A stretch of 64,000 bases of DNA from Candidatus Nezhaarchaeales archaeon. Lineage in GTDB: Archaea; Thermoproteota; Methanomethylicia; Nezhaarchaeales; WYZ-LMO8. The stretch lies in NCBI GenBank assembly GCA_038887515.1, contig JAWAKK010000001.1:1-64000 (forward strand). Direction: 5' to 3'. How positions within the stretch are numbered: the stretch's first letter is position 1; each line of letters opens with the position of its first letter. The position numbers were made by a program, and so were the translations under genes. Shown piece by piece: positions 48,331 through 57,826 of the stretch. The notes below the pieces were generated by a model. It was given only the letters and a program-made list of their open reading frames with translations, was not told the DNA's origin and searched no databases.

Positions 48331-49038
48331 TTAAGTGCGTTTGTAGGCTTCAACCAACAGTCTTACGTTCTCTCTTGTAACCTTTTGCCTTATCCTATCA
48401 CCTCCGCAAGCAGCTGATCTGAAACCTACTATGTCCGGCTTAACCTTCTGCACCACTTCTACGTGACTTAACTTCAGTGATCCCGCTAGCGCGAATAGCA
48501 ATCCCATTTCATGAGCTAACTCTTTAATCTTAACTATCTCGCCCACATTCAAATAGTCGAATGTGGACATTCCGTTCTTGATGAATGTGTCAATCATGAA
48601 TACTTCAAAGTCGGATAGGTATGCGGCCCTCAGTACGTCTATCGGGCTTAGACAATTTGCAACCCTATAATCAGCGTAAGCCACTGCAACAAGCTTAATG
48701 TTCTCAGCGCTTACTTCCAAGTCCCTATAAGCTTTAACGGCATCACTAATACTTCTAAGACCCAAACTTCCTGTCTTTGCATAATCTATGGCCAGCTCTT
48801 CAGCTATTAATGCTATCTCTTTTACTTGATGCTTTGTCGGATCATCACCTAAGGCAACGCTCGTAACTATGTTAGTGCGCGAATCACCACGTATCAAGTT
48901 TATTATCGAACCGATAATGGTGGTATCAGGGGGGCCGAGAGAGCCCTTTGTTGGGTCCTTAACGTCGACTATGTCGGCACCACCCATTAATGCCTCAATA
49001 GCCTCACTGGGGCTCGTGACGCTTATTAAGACCTTCAT
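48331..49038 (-). CDS. mfnB: 4-HFC-P synthase
   Basis: LISV, EA..A..GGADIVDVKDP.KGSLG, MIDT..K, ALAGSL and PDIVGFRSAAC motifs. Confidence 0.9.
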   Translation of the reverse strand: MKVLISVTSPSEAIEALMGGADIVDVKDPTKGSLGPPDTTIIGSIINLIRGDSRTNIVTSVALGDDPTKHQVKEIALIAEELAIDYAKTGSLGLRSISDAVKAYRDLEVSAENIKLVAVAYADYRVANCLSPIDVLRAAYLSDFEVFMIDTFIKNGMSTFDYLNVGEIVKIKELAHEMGLLFALAGSLKLSHVEVVQKVKPDIVGFRSAACGGDRIRQKVTRENVRLLVEAYKRT

Positions 49039-49090
49039 TTTTGCTTCATCTCGCAGGAAATTTCTTTTATGCTAGCAAAATAAAGCTTTA

Positions 49091-49540
49091 ATGAGAAGAT
49101 ACACGTTAACAGTAGGAGGGTCCTTCTTGTCGAGTTGGAAGGATGAGATCTTAAACATCTTAAACCAAGGTAAAGGCTTCGAGGTATACTACGAAGATGG
49201 GAAAATCAAGGTATCTGAAGCCAAGGGCATCTCTAAAGCACCAATAGACTTAAAGGATATAAAGGGCATCAGAAAAAGCAGGGCTAAGTCTCCGCCGTCG
49301 AAATTAAAGGACTTAATAATTAAGTTGGCTTTAAGGCTTATTGAAGCGGGTAAAAGCTTCAAGGTGACCTTAGGTCAAGGAGATTTTGTGTTAAGATTTG
49401 ACTTAGACCACTACGTTAGAGCTGACTCGAGGTCGGTAAGCGTTGTAGGCTTCAATAGCCTAGAGGACGAAACCATAAAAACCATAGCAGACATACTCCA
49501 AGAACATGGTGAAGTAAAGATACTAAAGCCGTTGAAATGA
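49091..49540 (+). CDS. Hypothetical protein
   Basis: 149-aa ORF with plausible codon usage; no family recognised. Confidence 0.65.
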   Translation: MRRYTLTVGGSFLSSWKDEILNILNQGKGFEVYYEDGKIKVSEAKGISKAPIDLKDIKGIRKSRAKSPPSKLKDLIIKLALRLIEAGKSFKVTLGQGDFVLRFDLDHYVRADSRSVSVVGFNSLEDETIKTIADILQEHGEVKILKPLK

Positions 49541-49808
49541 GGAACATCAAAACCTCCCAATCGATTTGTTGTTTTATTAATAAGATAGTCTACATATTTT
49601 GCTTCGCTTTAAGATTGTTAGGACCTCAACACGAGTCGATAACATACATCTACATTGATGAATCGTCTACGCTTTTAAATATTGGTGGCCAAATGCTAGC
49701 TAGCAATTAAAGTACCAATAATAAAGGGCCTGGGTCCACGAAATAGTGCCGAGACACTCGTAATACGCCTTAAGTAAGGCTACTTATCATAGTTTTTGGG
49801 GGTACGGG

Positions 49809-50972
49809 TTGCCAGCTAACTTACCGGCTGAAGCAAAAGCCAAGTGGCTTAAGGTTCTCGAAGCCAAAGAACCTCATGAAAAACTGAAGGCATTACAAGA
49901 GTTTCTTTCATCAGTTCCACAACATAAGGGCACTGAGAAGCTTCGAGCTCAAGTAAGAGCCAAGATAGCGGCCCTTCGAAGAGAAATAGAAGAAAGGAAA
50001 TCCAAGAGAGCGGGTGGGGGTCTAAGAATATTCCCAGAGAAAGAGGGTGATGCCCAAGTCGTATTAGTAAGCGTTACCGGGGCTGGTAGAAGTAGCTTAC
50101 TCTGGGAGTTGACTAACGCGAGACCCGAGATAGCTTCTCGCCCATTTACGACTACAAAGCCAGTTCCTGGTATGTATATAAGCGATGGAGTCATGTACCA
50201 GCTAATCGAAGCTCCTCCGCTTGTTAGAGGGTCGGCCGAGGGTGAAGCGTGGGGTGCAATAATTATGACTTTAATTCGTAATGCGGATGGAGTAATAATA
50301 CTTCTTGACGCATCGAAGGATCTCCTCGATCAATATAGGCTCATAGTTGAAGAGTTGGAAAAATCTGGAATAACTCTGAAGAAACCTCGGGCGAAGATTG
50401 ACATAACGAGAGGCTCTGTTGGAGGAATTCAGGTAATAGTAAACGGCAGGCTAATCGACTGCACTGTTGACGAGGTCAAGAAGCTCTTCATGAGCTATAA
50501 GATGTTTAACTGTAAGATTCTAATAGATGGCGAAGCTTCTCTCGATGAAATTGAAGAAGCGATATTGGGAGGGAAGGTATACAAACCATCAATTGTAGTG
50601 GTTAATAAAATGGACTTATTATCAGATAGATCTTCACTTGAAGAGCTTAAGAAGGAGTGTAGCCCTCTTCCAGTAGTTGAGATTTCTTGTGCTACTGGCG
50701 AGGGTCTTGACAAGATAGGTAGAGCGTTATTTGAGCAACTTGAGCTAATAAGGATTTACACTAAAGAGCCTTGGGAGGAAAAGCCAGCAGTAAGACCTTT
50801 AGTTCTAAAGAAGGGCTCTACAATTAAGGACGTCGCTGAACAAATACATAGTAAGATGGCGGAGAACTTAAAGTATGCGAGGGTTTGGGGCTCTTCAGTT
50901 AAGCATCCGGGCGAGAAAGTTGGTCGCGACCACGCTTTAGCTGATGGAGATATCGTAGAGCTTAGGGCCTAG
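49809..50972 (+). CDS. DRG/OBG-family GTP-binding protein with TGS domain
   Basis: MPANLP, HKGTEKL, PFTT, NKMD and the C-terminal TGS motif ARVWG.S...DGDIVE. Confidence 0.9.
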   Translation: MPANLPAEAKAKWLKVLEAKEPHEKLKALQEFLSSVPQHKGTEKLRAQVRAKIAALRREIEERKSKRAGGGLRIFPEKEGDAQVVLVSVTGAGRSSLLWELTNARPEIASRPFTTTKPVPGMYISDGVMYQLIEAPPLVRGSAEGEAWGAIIMTLIRNADGVIILLDASKDLLDQYRLIVEELEKSGITLKKPRAKIDITRGSVGGIQVIVNGRLIDCTVDEVKKLFMSYKMFNCKILIDGEASLDEIEEAILGGKVYKPSIVVVNKMDLLSDRSSLEELKKECSPLPVVEISCATGEGLDKIGRALFEQLELIRIYTKEPWEEKPAVRPLVLKKGSTIKDVAEQIHSKMAENLKYARVWGSSVKHPGEKVGRDHALADGDIVELRA

Positions 50973-50973
50973 G

Positions 50974-51195
50974 CTACCTTAGGGCTTCGCCTATAGCAAA
51001 CCTAGGTCTAACGCTGACGATCTTAACTCTAAGTCTTTCTCCGACCTTAGCGCCAGGAACCAGTACAACAAAGCCTTTTATTCTAGCTACACCTTCTCCT
51101 CTTTGATTAACACTTTCAATACTTACATGGTAAACTTCGTTCTCTTTTACGGGTGGGTTTTTTAAAGAACTTCTTTTGCCCCTCTTAGTCACCAA
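50974..51195 (-). CDS. Single-TRAM-domain RNA chaperone
   Basis: PPVKENEVY.V.IE...GEGVARIKGFVVLVPGAKVGE. Confidence 0.9.
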   Translation of the reverse strand: MVTKRGKRSSLKNPPVKENEVYHVSIESVNQRGEGVARIKGFVVLVPGAKVGERLRVKIVSVRPRFAIGEALR

Positions 51196-51354
51196 CTGAA
51201 CCTCCGCACTGTCTCCATCGAGCAGACAACTCCTTTTCGAAGGTCTTTTCTAACTCCTCAATATTTAAACTGTTCTGATAGCTAACTTAGCTTAAGCTTT
51301 ATCTCTTTGTAAAGAGAGTTTAAGCGTCAAAGGAAGGGTGGAGAGAGGAGTTAA

Positions 51355-52668
51355 ATGAGACTTCACAATCCAGAGTGGAAGACTCACAGTACTAGAGATG
51401 TACTTCGGTTATCTGAAGGCTTGACCGTAAAAATTGCGGGTTGGGTTCATGTCATCAGAGATCTAGGCGGTATAATTTTCTTACTAGTGAGGGATTCAGA
51501 TGGTCTAATTCAGGTATTAGCTTCCAAGTCCGAGCTCGACGACGAAACCTTCAATAAACTCAAAGAGGTTAAGCCAGAGACCGTCCTATCAATTGAAGGG
51601 GTTGTCAAAAAGTCGCCTAAGGCCCCTGAAGGCGTTGAAATAAAGGCAAAATCAGTAATCGTGCTCAACAGAGCATCAGTACCTTCACACTTAGAGCCCA
51701 GTAGCAGGGGCAAACTCAGTCTCGACGAAAGGCTTGACAATAGGGTCGTGGACTTAAGGAAACCACGAAACATGCTTATATTCAAGTTTCAATCCGCCCT
51801 CTTAAGATACATAAGAGAGTTTCTTAATGAGAAGGGCTTCATAGAAGTCTTCACTCCAAAACTCATAGCTACCGCAACTGAAGGTGGAGCGGCCCTATTT
51901 CCAATTGCGTACTTTGATATGGAGGCTTTCTTAGCTCAAAGCCCACAACTCTACAAGGAGCAGTTGTCTTCAGTCTTTGAGAAGGTCTACGAGATAGGTC
52001 CACTTTTTAGGGCTGAAGAGTCGCAGACGGATAGGCACGTCTCTGAATACATAGGGGTGGACGTGGAGGTGGCGTTCGCGACATGTGAAGAGGTTATGGA
52101 GCTACTTGAAGAAATGCTTACGTATAGCGTTTCAAAAACGATTAATGAACTCGAAGACGAGCTGAAGAGATGTGGGTTCAGTTGTCTCGTACCCGAAAAA
52201 CCATTTCCAAGAATAACGTATAATGAAGTCATATCAATTCTAGCTAAAAAGGGCGTTAAGATGGAGTGGGGAGAGGACCTATCAACCGAAGCCGAAAGAA
52301 AGCTTGGCGAGCACTTTAAGGGGCCTTACTTCATAACTGAGTGGCCCACAAGAACCAAACCATTCTACATAATGCCGAGACCAGAGAACCCTGATGTTAG
52401 TCTCTCGTTTGACTTAATGATAGGAAGGATGGAGATAGCTTCGGGAGGACAACGAATTCACGATAAGGACCTCTTAATATCGCGCTTAAAGAACTCAGGA
52501 CTTGAGCCTGAATCTTTTAAGCATCACTTGAAGTGTTATGATTGGGGCATGCCTCCTCACGCCGGCTGGGGTCTTGGACTAGCACGTTTGGTAATGTCGT
52601 TACTTGGATTAAATGATATAAGAGAAGCAATACTTTATCCAAGAGATAGGCGGAGACTTATCCCTTAA
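51355..52668 (+). CDS. aspS: Aspartyl-tRNA synthetase (archaeal type)
   Basis: [33 protein letters not shown] and [11 protein letters not shown] motifs. Confidence 0.96.
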   Translation: MRLHNPEWKTHSTRDVLRLSEGLTVKIAGWVHVIRDLGGIIFLLVRDSDGLIQVLASKSELDDETFNKLKEVKPETVLSIEGVVKKSPKAPEGVEIKAKSVIVLNRASVPSHLEPSSRGKLSLDERLDNRVVDLRKPRNMLIFKFQSALLRYIREFLNEKGFIEVFTPKLIATATEGGAALFPIAYFDMEAFLAQSPQLYKEQLSSVFEKVYEIGPLFRAEESQTDRHVSEYIGVDVEVAFATCEEVMELLEEMLTYSVSKTINELEDELKRCGFSCLVPEKPFPRITYNEVISILAKKGVKMEWGEDLSTEAERKLGEHFKGPYFITEWPTRTKPFYIMPRPENPDVSLSFDLMIGRMEIASGGQRIHDKDLLISRLKNSGLEPESFKHHLKCYDWGMPPHAGWGLGLARLVMSLLGLNDIREAILYPRDRRRLIP

Positions 52669-52753
52669 CGAGACTTAAGTTTATAAAGATCTTGCGATTA
52701 GAAATCTACTAACCTTCTATTAAGCTACGAGTCCGTTGCTCGAAGTTGATTAA

Positions 52754-54334
52754 ATGAGAGGAATGATGATAGAGGTCGACGCTATGGTGGGCTTCACGCA
52801 ACTCTCAGTGTCGGATTGGTTCTATAGGAATAGGTATATAGCCGGGTTTAGTAATCCAGCTCGATCGTTATATCAAGCAGTTAGGGAACTTGTTGAAAAT
52901 AGCCTAGATGCTTGCGAAGCTGCAGGCAACTTACCCTACATAACCGTCGATCTTAAGTTGATGAGTGAGCGTAAAACCCCCAAGGTCTATAAGTTAACGG
53001 TTTCAGATAATGGAACTGGAATACCTCCACAATACGTTCCACAAGCTTTCTGTACGGTGCTCTTCGGCAATAAGTTTGAGCTAAAGCAACATCGAGGACT
53101 TTTCGGTCTTGGAGCTAAGATGGCGGTCTTATATTCTCAAATTACTACTTACAAGCCCATCGAAGTGACTACGTGTCATGATGGTCAGATGGAATATGAG
53201 TTCATGTTGCAAATGGACCTTAAAAACAATAAGCCTATTGTTCTCTCGACTAAGTCTCGAAAACTTCGAAGAGCTAAGACGGGGACCACAGTTACTCTAT
53301 ACCTTGTTGGGGATTACGATCGTAGCTTAGGTTCGAGAACGACAGGTGAGCTGATAGTCGAGTATTTAAAGCTCACGACGGTCGCTAATCCTCATGCAAC
53401 TATAGTCTTCTCAGACCCTTACGGTAACGTTCACAAGTTTGAGAGGTCTGTCGAAAAATTACCACCATTACCGAAAGAGACTGCACCACATCCTCATGGT
53501 ATTGATGCTGAAATGCTTAAAAGATTGATAGAGAGCAGTAGGGACACTAACCTTCAAACATTCCTCTATAAAAACTTCGATAGAGTGGGACCCAAAAAAG
53601 CATTGGAGTTCCTAAGGTGGGCTGGTTTTGACCCTAGTAAGGATATAAAGGAGCTATCTAATGAAGAGGTTGTTAAGCTCGCCAATGCCCTTAAGGCATA
53701 TGATAAATTCCTTCCGCCATCGCCCAATGTATTGAGCCCTATAGGAGCCGAAGAATTGAAAACTGCAATAGTGAAGCTTTTCAGCCCTGAGTTTGTCAAG
53801 ACCGTTACGAGACCGCCGAAATCGTACTCCGGGTATCCATTTCAGGTAGAGACCGGAATTGCCTATGGAGGTCCGATAATAGAAAAAGTGTGTAATGAAG
53901 AGGGTAACTTCAGGCTAATCTTTAGGTTTGCGAATAAGATACCCTTGCTATTCGACGAGAGGGGAGACGTCTGTAGAAAAGTTGTGGACAGCATGAACTG
54001 GAGACAGTATAGGATTGACGATACGACGCCAATAGCAATTTTCGTGCACGTATGCTCAACAAGGGTACCTTACAAAACGGCTGGAAAAGAGATGATAGCT
54101 GACGTCGAAGAAATAGAGGAAGAGATAAAATTGGCGCTGATGGAGTGCGCCCGCGAAGTTCGAAAGTATATATACAGAAAGCTTAAGGCTGAGAGGGAAC
54201 AAGAGAGGCTCGCGCTCTTTAAAGCATACATAACCGAGATAGCTGAAGACCTTGTTAGGGTAGTGAAAGAGGACAAGCATAAGCTTATGGAATCTATGTG
54301 GAAGGTGGTGCTGAAACGTGACAAGTCAAGATAG
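52754..54334 (+). CDS. top6B: DNA topoisomerase VI subunit B
   Basis: RELVENSLDA, DNGTG, RGLFGLG and RFANKIPLL motifs. Confidence 0.96.
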   Translation: MRGMMIEVDAMVGFTQLSVSDWFYRNRYIAGFSNPARSLYQAVRELVENSLDACEAAGNLPYITVDLKLMSERKTPKVYKLTVSDNGTGIPPQYVPQAFCTVLFGNKFELKQHRGLFGLGAKMAVLYSQITTYKPIEVTTCHDGQMEYEFMLQMDLKNNKPIVLSTKSRKLRRAKTGTTVTLYLVGDYDRSLGSRTTGELIVEYLKLTTVANPHATIVFSDPYGNVHKFERSVEKLPPLPKETAPHPHGIDAEMLKRLIESSRDTNLQTFLYKNFDRVGPKKALEFLRWAGFDPSKDIKELSNEEVVKLANALKAYDKFLPPSPNVLSPIGAEELKTAIVKLFSPEFVKTVTRPPKSYSGYPFQVETGIAYGGPIIEKVCNEEGNFRLIFRFANKIPLLFDERGDVCRKVVDSMNWRQYRIDDTTPIAIFVHVCSTRVPYKTAGKEMIADVEEIEEEIKLALMECAREVRKYIYRKLKAEREQERLALFKAYITEIAEDLVRVVKEDKHKLMESMWKVVLKRDKSR

Positions 54335-55424
54335 TGGGGGAAGGGACTGGATAACAGAAAGAATAGTAAAGCTCCTCGAGAAGTCAGTTCTAAAACCGCT
54401 TAAAGTCGAGAAGGTACCGTACTTCGAGATGCTGGCTAGGACCAGGGACAACGTATACATAGACCAAGAGTTGCAAGTAATAAGGCTCGGAAACAAGAAG
54501 GTGAAAAGGAGACTTAACGACATAGAAGAAGCCAAGACGTTCATGAGGACTGTGCTAATTGCTGCGATAATATACGAAGCAATCAAACATAATAAGTATC
54601 CTACGATTAGGGACGTCTTCTACGACGCAAAACATACGATACCTGGAACGGACATTGATACTGTCGACGTCCAAGCAGAGTCAGACAATATAATAGAGGA
54701 CTTGGAGGTCATGCTTGGAGCTAGCAGGGAAGAGATGGGTCTTCAAACGGATGTAAAGTGTAAGGTCGTAGGCCTTATGAGGGTTAGGAGTGGGCGGGAT
54801 ATAATAGATTGCTCAAGACAAGGCGAAGGAGGTGCTTACACCCCTCCTTCAAACGTTGATAGGCTTGAATTCCTTGAGGTTAATGCTGAGTATGTCTTGG
54901 TGGTCGAGAAGGACGCTGTTTTCAATACCTTAAACATGGAGAGGTACTGGGAGAAGAACAAATGCGTACTAGTAACGGCCGGTGGCCAGCCAGATAGACC
55001 TGCAAGGAGACTGGTAAAGAGATTAAATGAAGAGCTTGGCTTGCCCGTTTATGTCTTAACAGATGCAGATCCTTACGGGTTCTACATATATAGCGTTTAC
55101 CGAATAGGGTCAATAACGCTTTCTCATGAAAGCGTTAGGTTGGCGTGCCCGAAAGCTAGATTTATAGGAGTAACTGTAAGCGACATTTACGAATACAACC
55201 TACCCAAGAACGTTATAATTAAGGCAAAAGAGGCAGATATAAAGAGAGCCAAAGAATTGAAGGGTTATCCATGGTTTGGATCACCAGCATGGCAAAAGGA
55301 ACTTGACATCTTTCTTGAAAAGAAGGAAAAAGCCGAGATAGAGGCTCTCAGCTCAAAGAGCTTAGGCTTCTTGGAGGAGAGGTACCTCCCTGAGAAAATT
55401 AAAAGTGGACATTACATCGTATAG
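54318..55424 (+). CDS. top6A: DNA topoisomerase VI subunit A
   Basis: TIRDVFY (catalytic Tyr), VVEKDAVF, GQPDR, DADPYG and EIEAL motifs. Confidence 0.96.
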   Translation: MTSQDSGGRDWITERIVKLLEKSVLKPLKVEKVPYFEMLARTRDNVYIDQELQVIRLGNKKVKRRLNDIEEAKTFMRTVLIAAIIYEAIKHNKYPTIRDVFYDAKHTIPGTDIDTVDVQAESDNIIEDLEVMLGASREEMGLQTDVKCKVVGLMRVRSGRDIIDCSRQGEGGAYTPPSNVDRLEFLEVNAEYVLVVEKDAVFNTLNMERYWEKNKCVLVTAGGQPDRPARRLVKRLNEELGLPVYVLTDADPYGFYIYSVYRIGSITLSHESVRLACPKARFIGVTVSDIYEYNLPKNVIIKAKEADIKRAKELKGYPWFGSPAWQKELDIFLEKKEKAEIEALSSKSLGFLEERYLPEKIKSGHYIV

Positions 55425-55582
55425 GTCTCTAAGGCGACTCAATGAACGTCATCACAAACTTTAAATTACTTTGCCCATTTAACCTTAAAGTAGGAAGTCG
55501 TAAAAGATTATAGGATTACGAAGCATAGTAGGGCGATATATAAAGCTAGTAAGAATATGCTGTGATAAGTGGGGTTTGAGCT

Positions 55583-55855
55583 TTGGTTAGGCTTAATTTT
55601 GAAGATGGATACGAAATCGCCAAGTTCATAGCTAAAGGTATCGACCTTACTAAGCTCCAGAAGGTGCACGAAATTTTAAAGAAGGCATTAACGTGCTTTG
55701 CTGACGAAAGCGACGAAAGGGACTTCATGCTAGGCCTCGTAGAAGGTCTAGGTGAAATAGCCAAGCTTAGAGAAGAGATAGCGAGACTAATTAATGTGGC
55801 GAAGTCTATAGGAATAACGATCGAGGTCAACGTGAAATACGACGAGGAAACATGA
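55583..55855 (+). CDS. Small hypothetical protein
   Basis: 90-aa helical ORF with an upstream GGGG SD-like element. Confidence 0.55.
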   Translation: MVRLNFEDGYEIAKFIAKGIDLTKLQKVHEILKKALTCFADESDERDFMLGLVEGLGEIAKLREEIARLINVAKSIGITIEVNVKYDEET

Positions 55856-56029
55856 GAATCACCTTTTTACATGCAACTAACATTGAAGATACGATGTAAT
55901 TCTACTATAAAGTTCTGTAAATCTTTACATTCTATTAGACTTACTAAATTCTGGAACCTGCTTAACTAAGAATATTTAATTCAGTCTTCCTGTAGGATAC
56001 TGAACCTTAGCAGATGAGGGGTATTCGAG

Positions 56030-57637
56030 TTGAAGGAGCATTGGCTCGACGAGTTCGTATCGAAAGTCTTAGAGTACTCTAAGGAGCACATAGTGGCTAG
56101 TGGGACATCTATCTCAGGCTCAGCGCACATCGGTAATGTAGCTGACCCACTGTATGCGCACGCAATTGCAGAAGAGATAAAACGAAGAGGGGGAAAAGCC
56201 ATGTCTTTGTGGATTGCCGATGACATGGATCCTCTCGATAGCGTACCCCCATCAATATCGGATAGTTTTAAAATGTACTTGGGCATGCCGTACGTAGACA
56301 TCCCAGACCCTTATAGATGTTGTCGAAGTTGGGCCGAACACTTCACTCAAGAATTCTTGGACGTCATTGAGAAGTTAGGGCTTGATGTAAAGTACCTTTC
56401 AGGAGCAGTAATGTACCGTAATGGTACATATTTACCTTGGATAAGGATATCGATTGAAAAAGCGGCACTCATAAGGAGCATACTGCTGAAGGTCAGTGGA
56501 ACTTCGAAGCCAAGCGACTGGCTTCCGTACATGCCTGTATGCGAAAAGTGCGGTAAGGTAGGAACTACATATGCTTACGACTTTCAGGGGGACAAAGTTC
56601 TTTACGTGTGCAACGTTGATGTGGGCTATGCTAAGGGGTGTGGCTACCAAGGCGAGTGCGACGTTAAAGAAGGCAGAGGTAAGCTACAGTGGAGAGTTGA
56701 GTGGGCCGCTAGATGGGCGGCTCTTAGCGTTACCATAGAGCCTTTCGGTAAAGAACATGCAGCGGCGGGCGGCTCCTACGATACTAGCAAGCTGATAGTC
56801 AAAGAAGTATTTGGCAAGGACCCTCCAATACCGTTAACGTACGAGCACGTGATGATCGGTGGTAAGAAAATGTCTAAGTCAAAGGGCAACGTATTTACGC
56901 CGTCTCAATGGTTTGAAGTAGCTCCTCCTCAAACTCTAAAGTTCTTCTTCTTCAGAGTCCATCCCATGAGGCATAAGGACTTCAGAGTTGAAGATTTACC
57001 AAACCTCGTAGCCGAATACGAAAAAGCTGAAAGGATATATTATGACTTCGAAAAAATCAAGGATCCAAAACTAATGGCCCTAGCTAAGAGGAACTATGAG
57101 CTCTCTCAAATAGGTAGACCTAGCCCAATAATGCCCATACAGTTGCCCTATGACTTTGCAGTAGTCTTGGTACAACTGTATCCTGATATCAAGATCGAGA
57201 GGCTGCTTGAAATCTTAAAGCTGACAGGCCATCTGTGGAGAGAGCCTTCAGGGGAGGATATCGAAAGGCTGTTAACAAGGCTAAGACATGCATCGACTTG
57301 GGTTAAGAAGTATGCCAGCGAAAACGCTAAGGTAAAGTTACTAGACGATCCGTCAATTGTAAGTAGCTTACTGTCAGATAAGCAGAGGGAAGCCCTAACT
57401 AAAGCTGCTAATATACTGCTCCAAAAAGAATGGGATTTGAACGAGCTCAATAACGAATTCTTCGAAATCTCAAAATCCATAGGCTTACCTCCTCCTCAAT
57501 TCTTTGAAGCCGCATACTTGGCGTTAATGGGAAGAAGATCCGGCCCTAGACTCGTGAACTTCATAGCTGCAATAGGGAAAGATAAGGTAGCCAAAAGATT
57601 CCTTATTGCTGCAGGGCATCAGAAGTTTTGGCAATAG
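56030..57637 (+). CDS. lysS: Lysyl-tRNA synthetase, class I
   Basis: SGSAHIGN, GKLQWRVEWAARW, EPFGKEH, KMSKSKG and SGPRL motifs. Confidence 0.96.
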   Translation: MKEHWLDEFVSKVLEYSKEHIVASGTSISGSAHIGNVADPLYAHAIAEEIKRRGGKAMSLWIADDMDPLDSVPPSISDSFKMYLGMPYVDIPDPYRCCRSWAEHFTQEFLDVIEKLGLDVKYLSGAVMYRNGTYLPWIRISIEKAALIRSILLKVSGTSKPSDWLPYMPVCEKCGKVGTTYAYDFQGDKVLYVCNVDVGYAKGCGYQGECDVKEGRGKLQWRVEWAARWAALSVTIEPFGKEHAAAGGSYDTSKLIVKEVFGKDPPIPLTYEHVMIGGKKMSKSKGNVFTPSQWFEVAPPQTLKFFFFRVHPMRHKDFRVEDLPNLVAEYEKAERIYYDFEKIKDPKLMALAKRNYELSQIGRPSPIMPIQLPYDFAVVLVQLYPDIKIERLLEILKLTGHLWREPSGEDIERLLTRLRHASTWVKKYASENAKVKLLDDPSIVSSLLSDKQREALTKAANILLQKEWDLNELNNEFFEISKSIGLPPPQFFEAAYLALMGRRSGPRLVNFIAAIGKDKVAKRFLIAAGHQKFWQ

Positions 57638-57826
57638 TCCTTACAAGTAAAGGGCGAACTATCCCTCTTGGCTAGGCAAACCTCACTCTTGCCAATCAAT
57701 AAACCTCAAGGATACGCGATATCCAGCAAAGCCCTATGGCTCAATTAACATCACATATGTTTAATTCCCTTTTGGTAAGCCTTATTAGCTAGGTTAGCTT
57801 AAGCTTGCGAAGTAGTCAGATGCGAG

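Noticed and set aside
53310-53362. Possible BHB in top6B (AGCT...AGCT around a short apparent insertion)
   Set aside because: Canonical cleavage would remove 25 nt and shift the frame of an otherwise intact ORF, and the pairing is weak.
57651-57735. Possible structured RNA between lysS and hppA (AGGGC/GCCCT, TTGGC/GCCAA and GGATA/TATCC stems)
   Set aside because: Only 5-bp stems, which are expected by chance; no known motif or GC enrichment.
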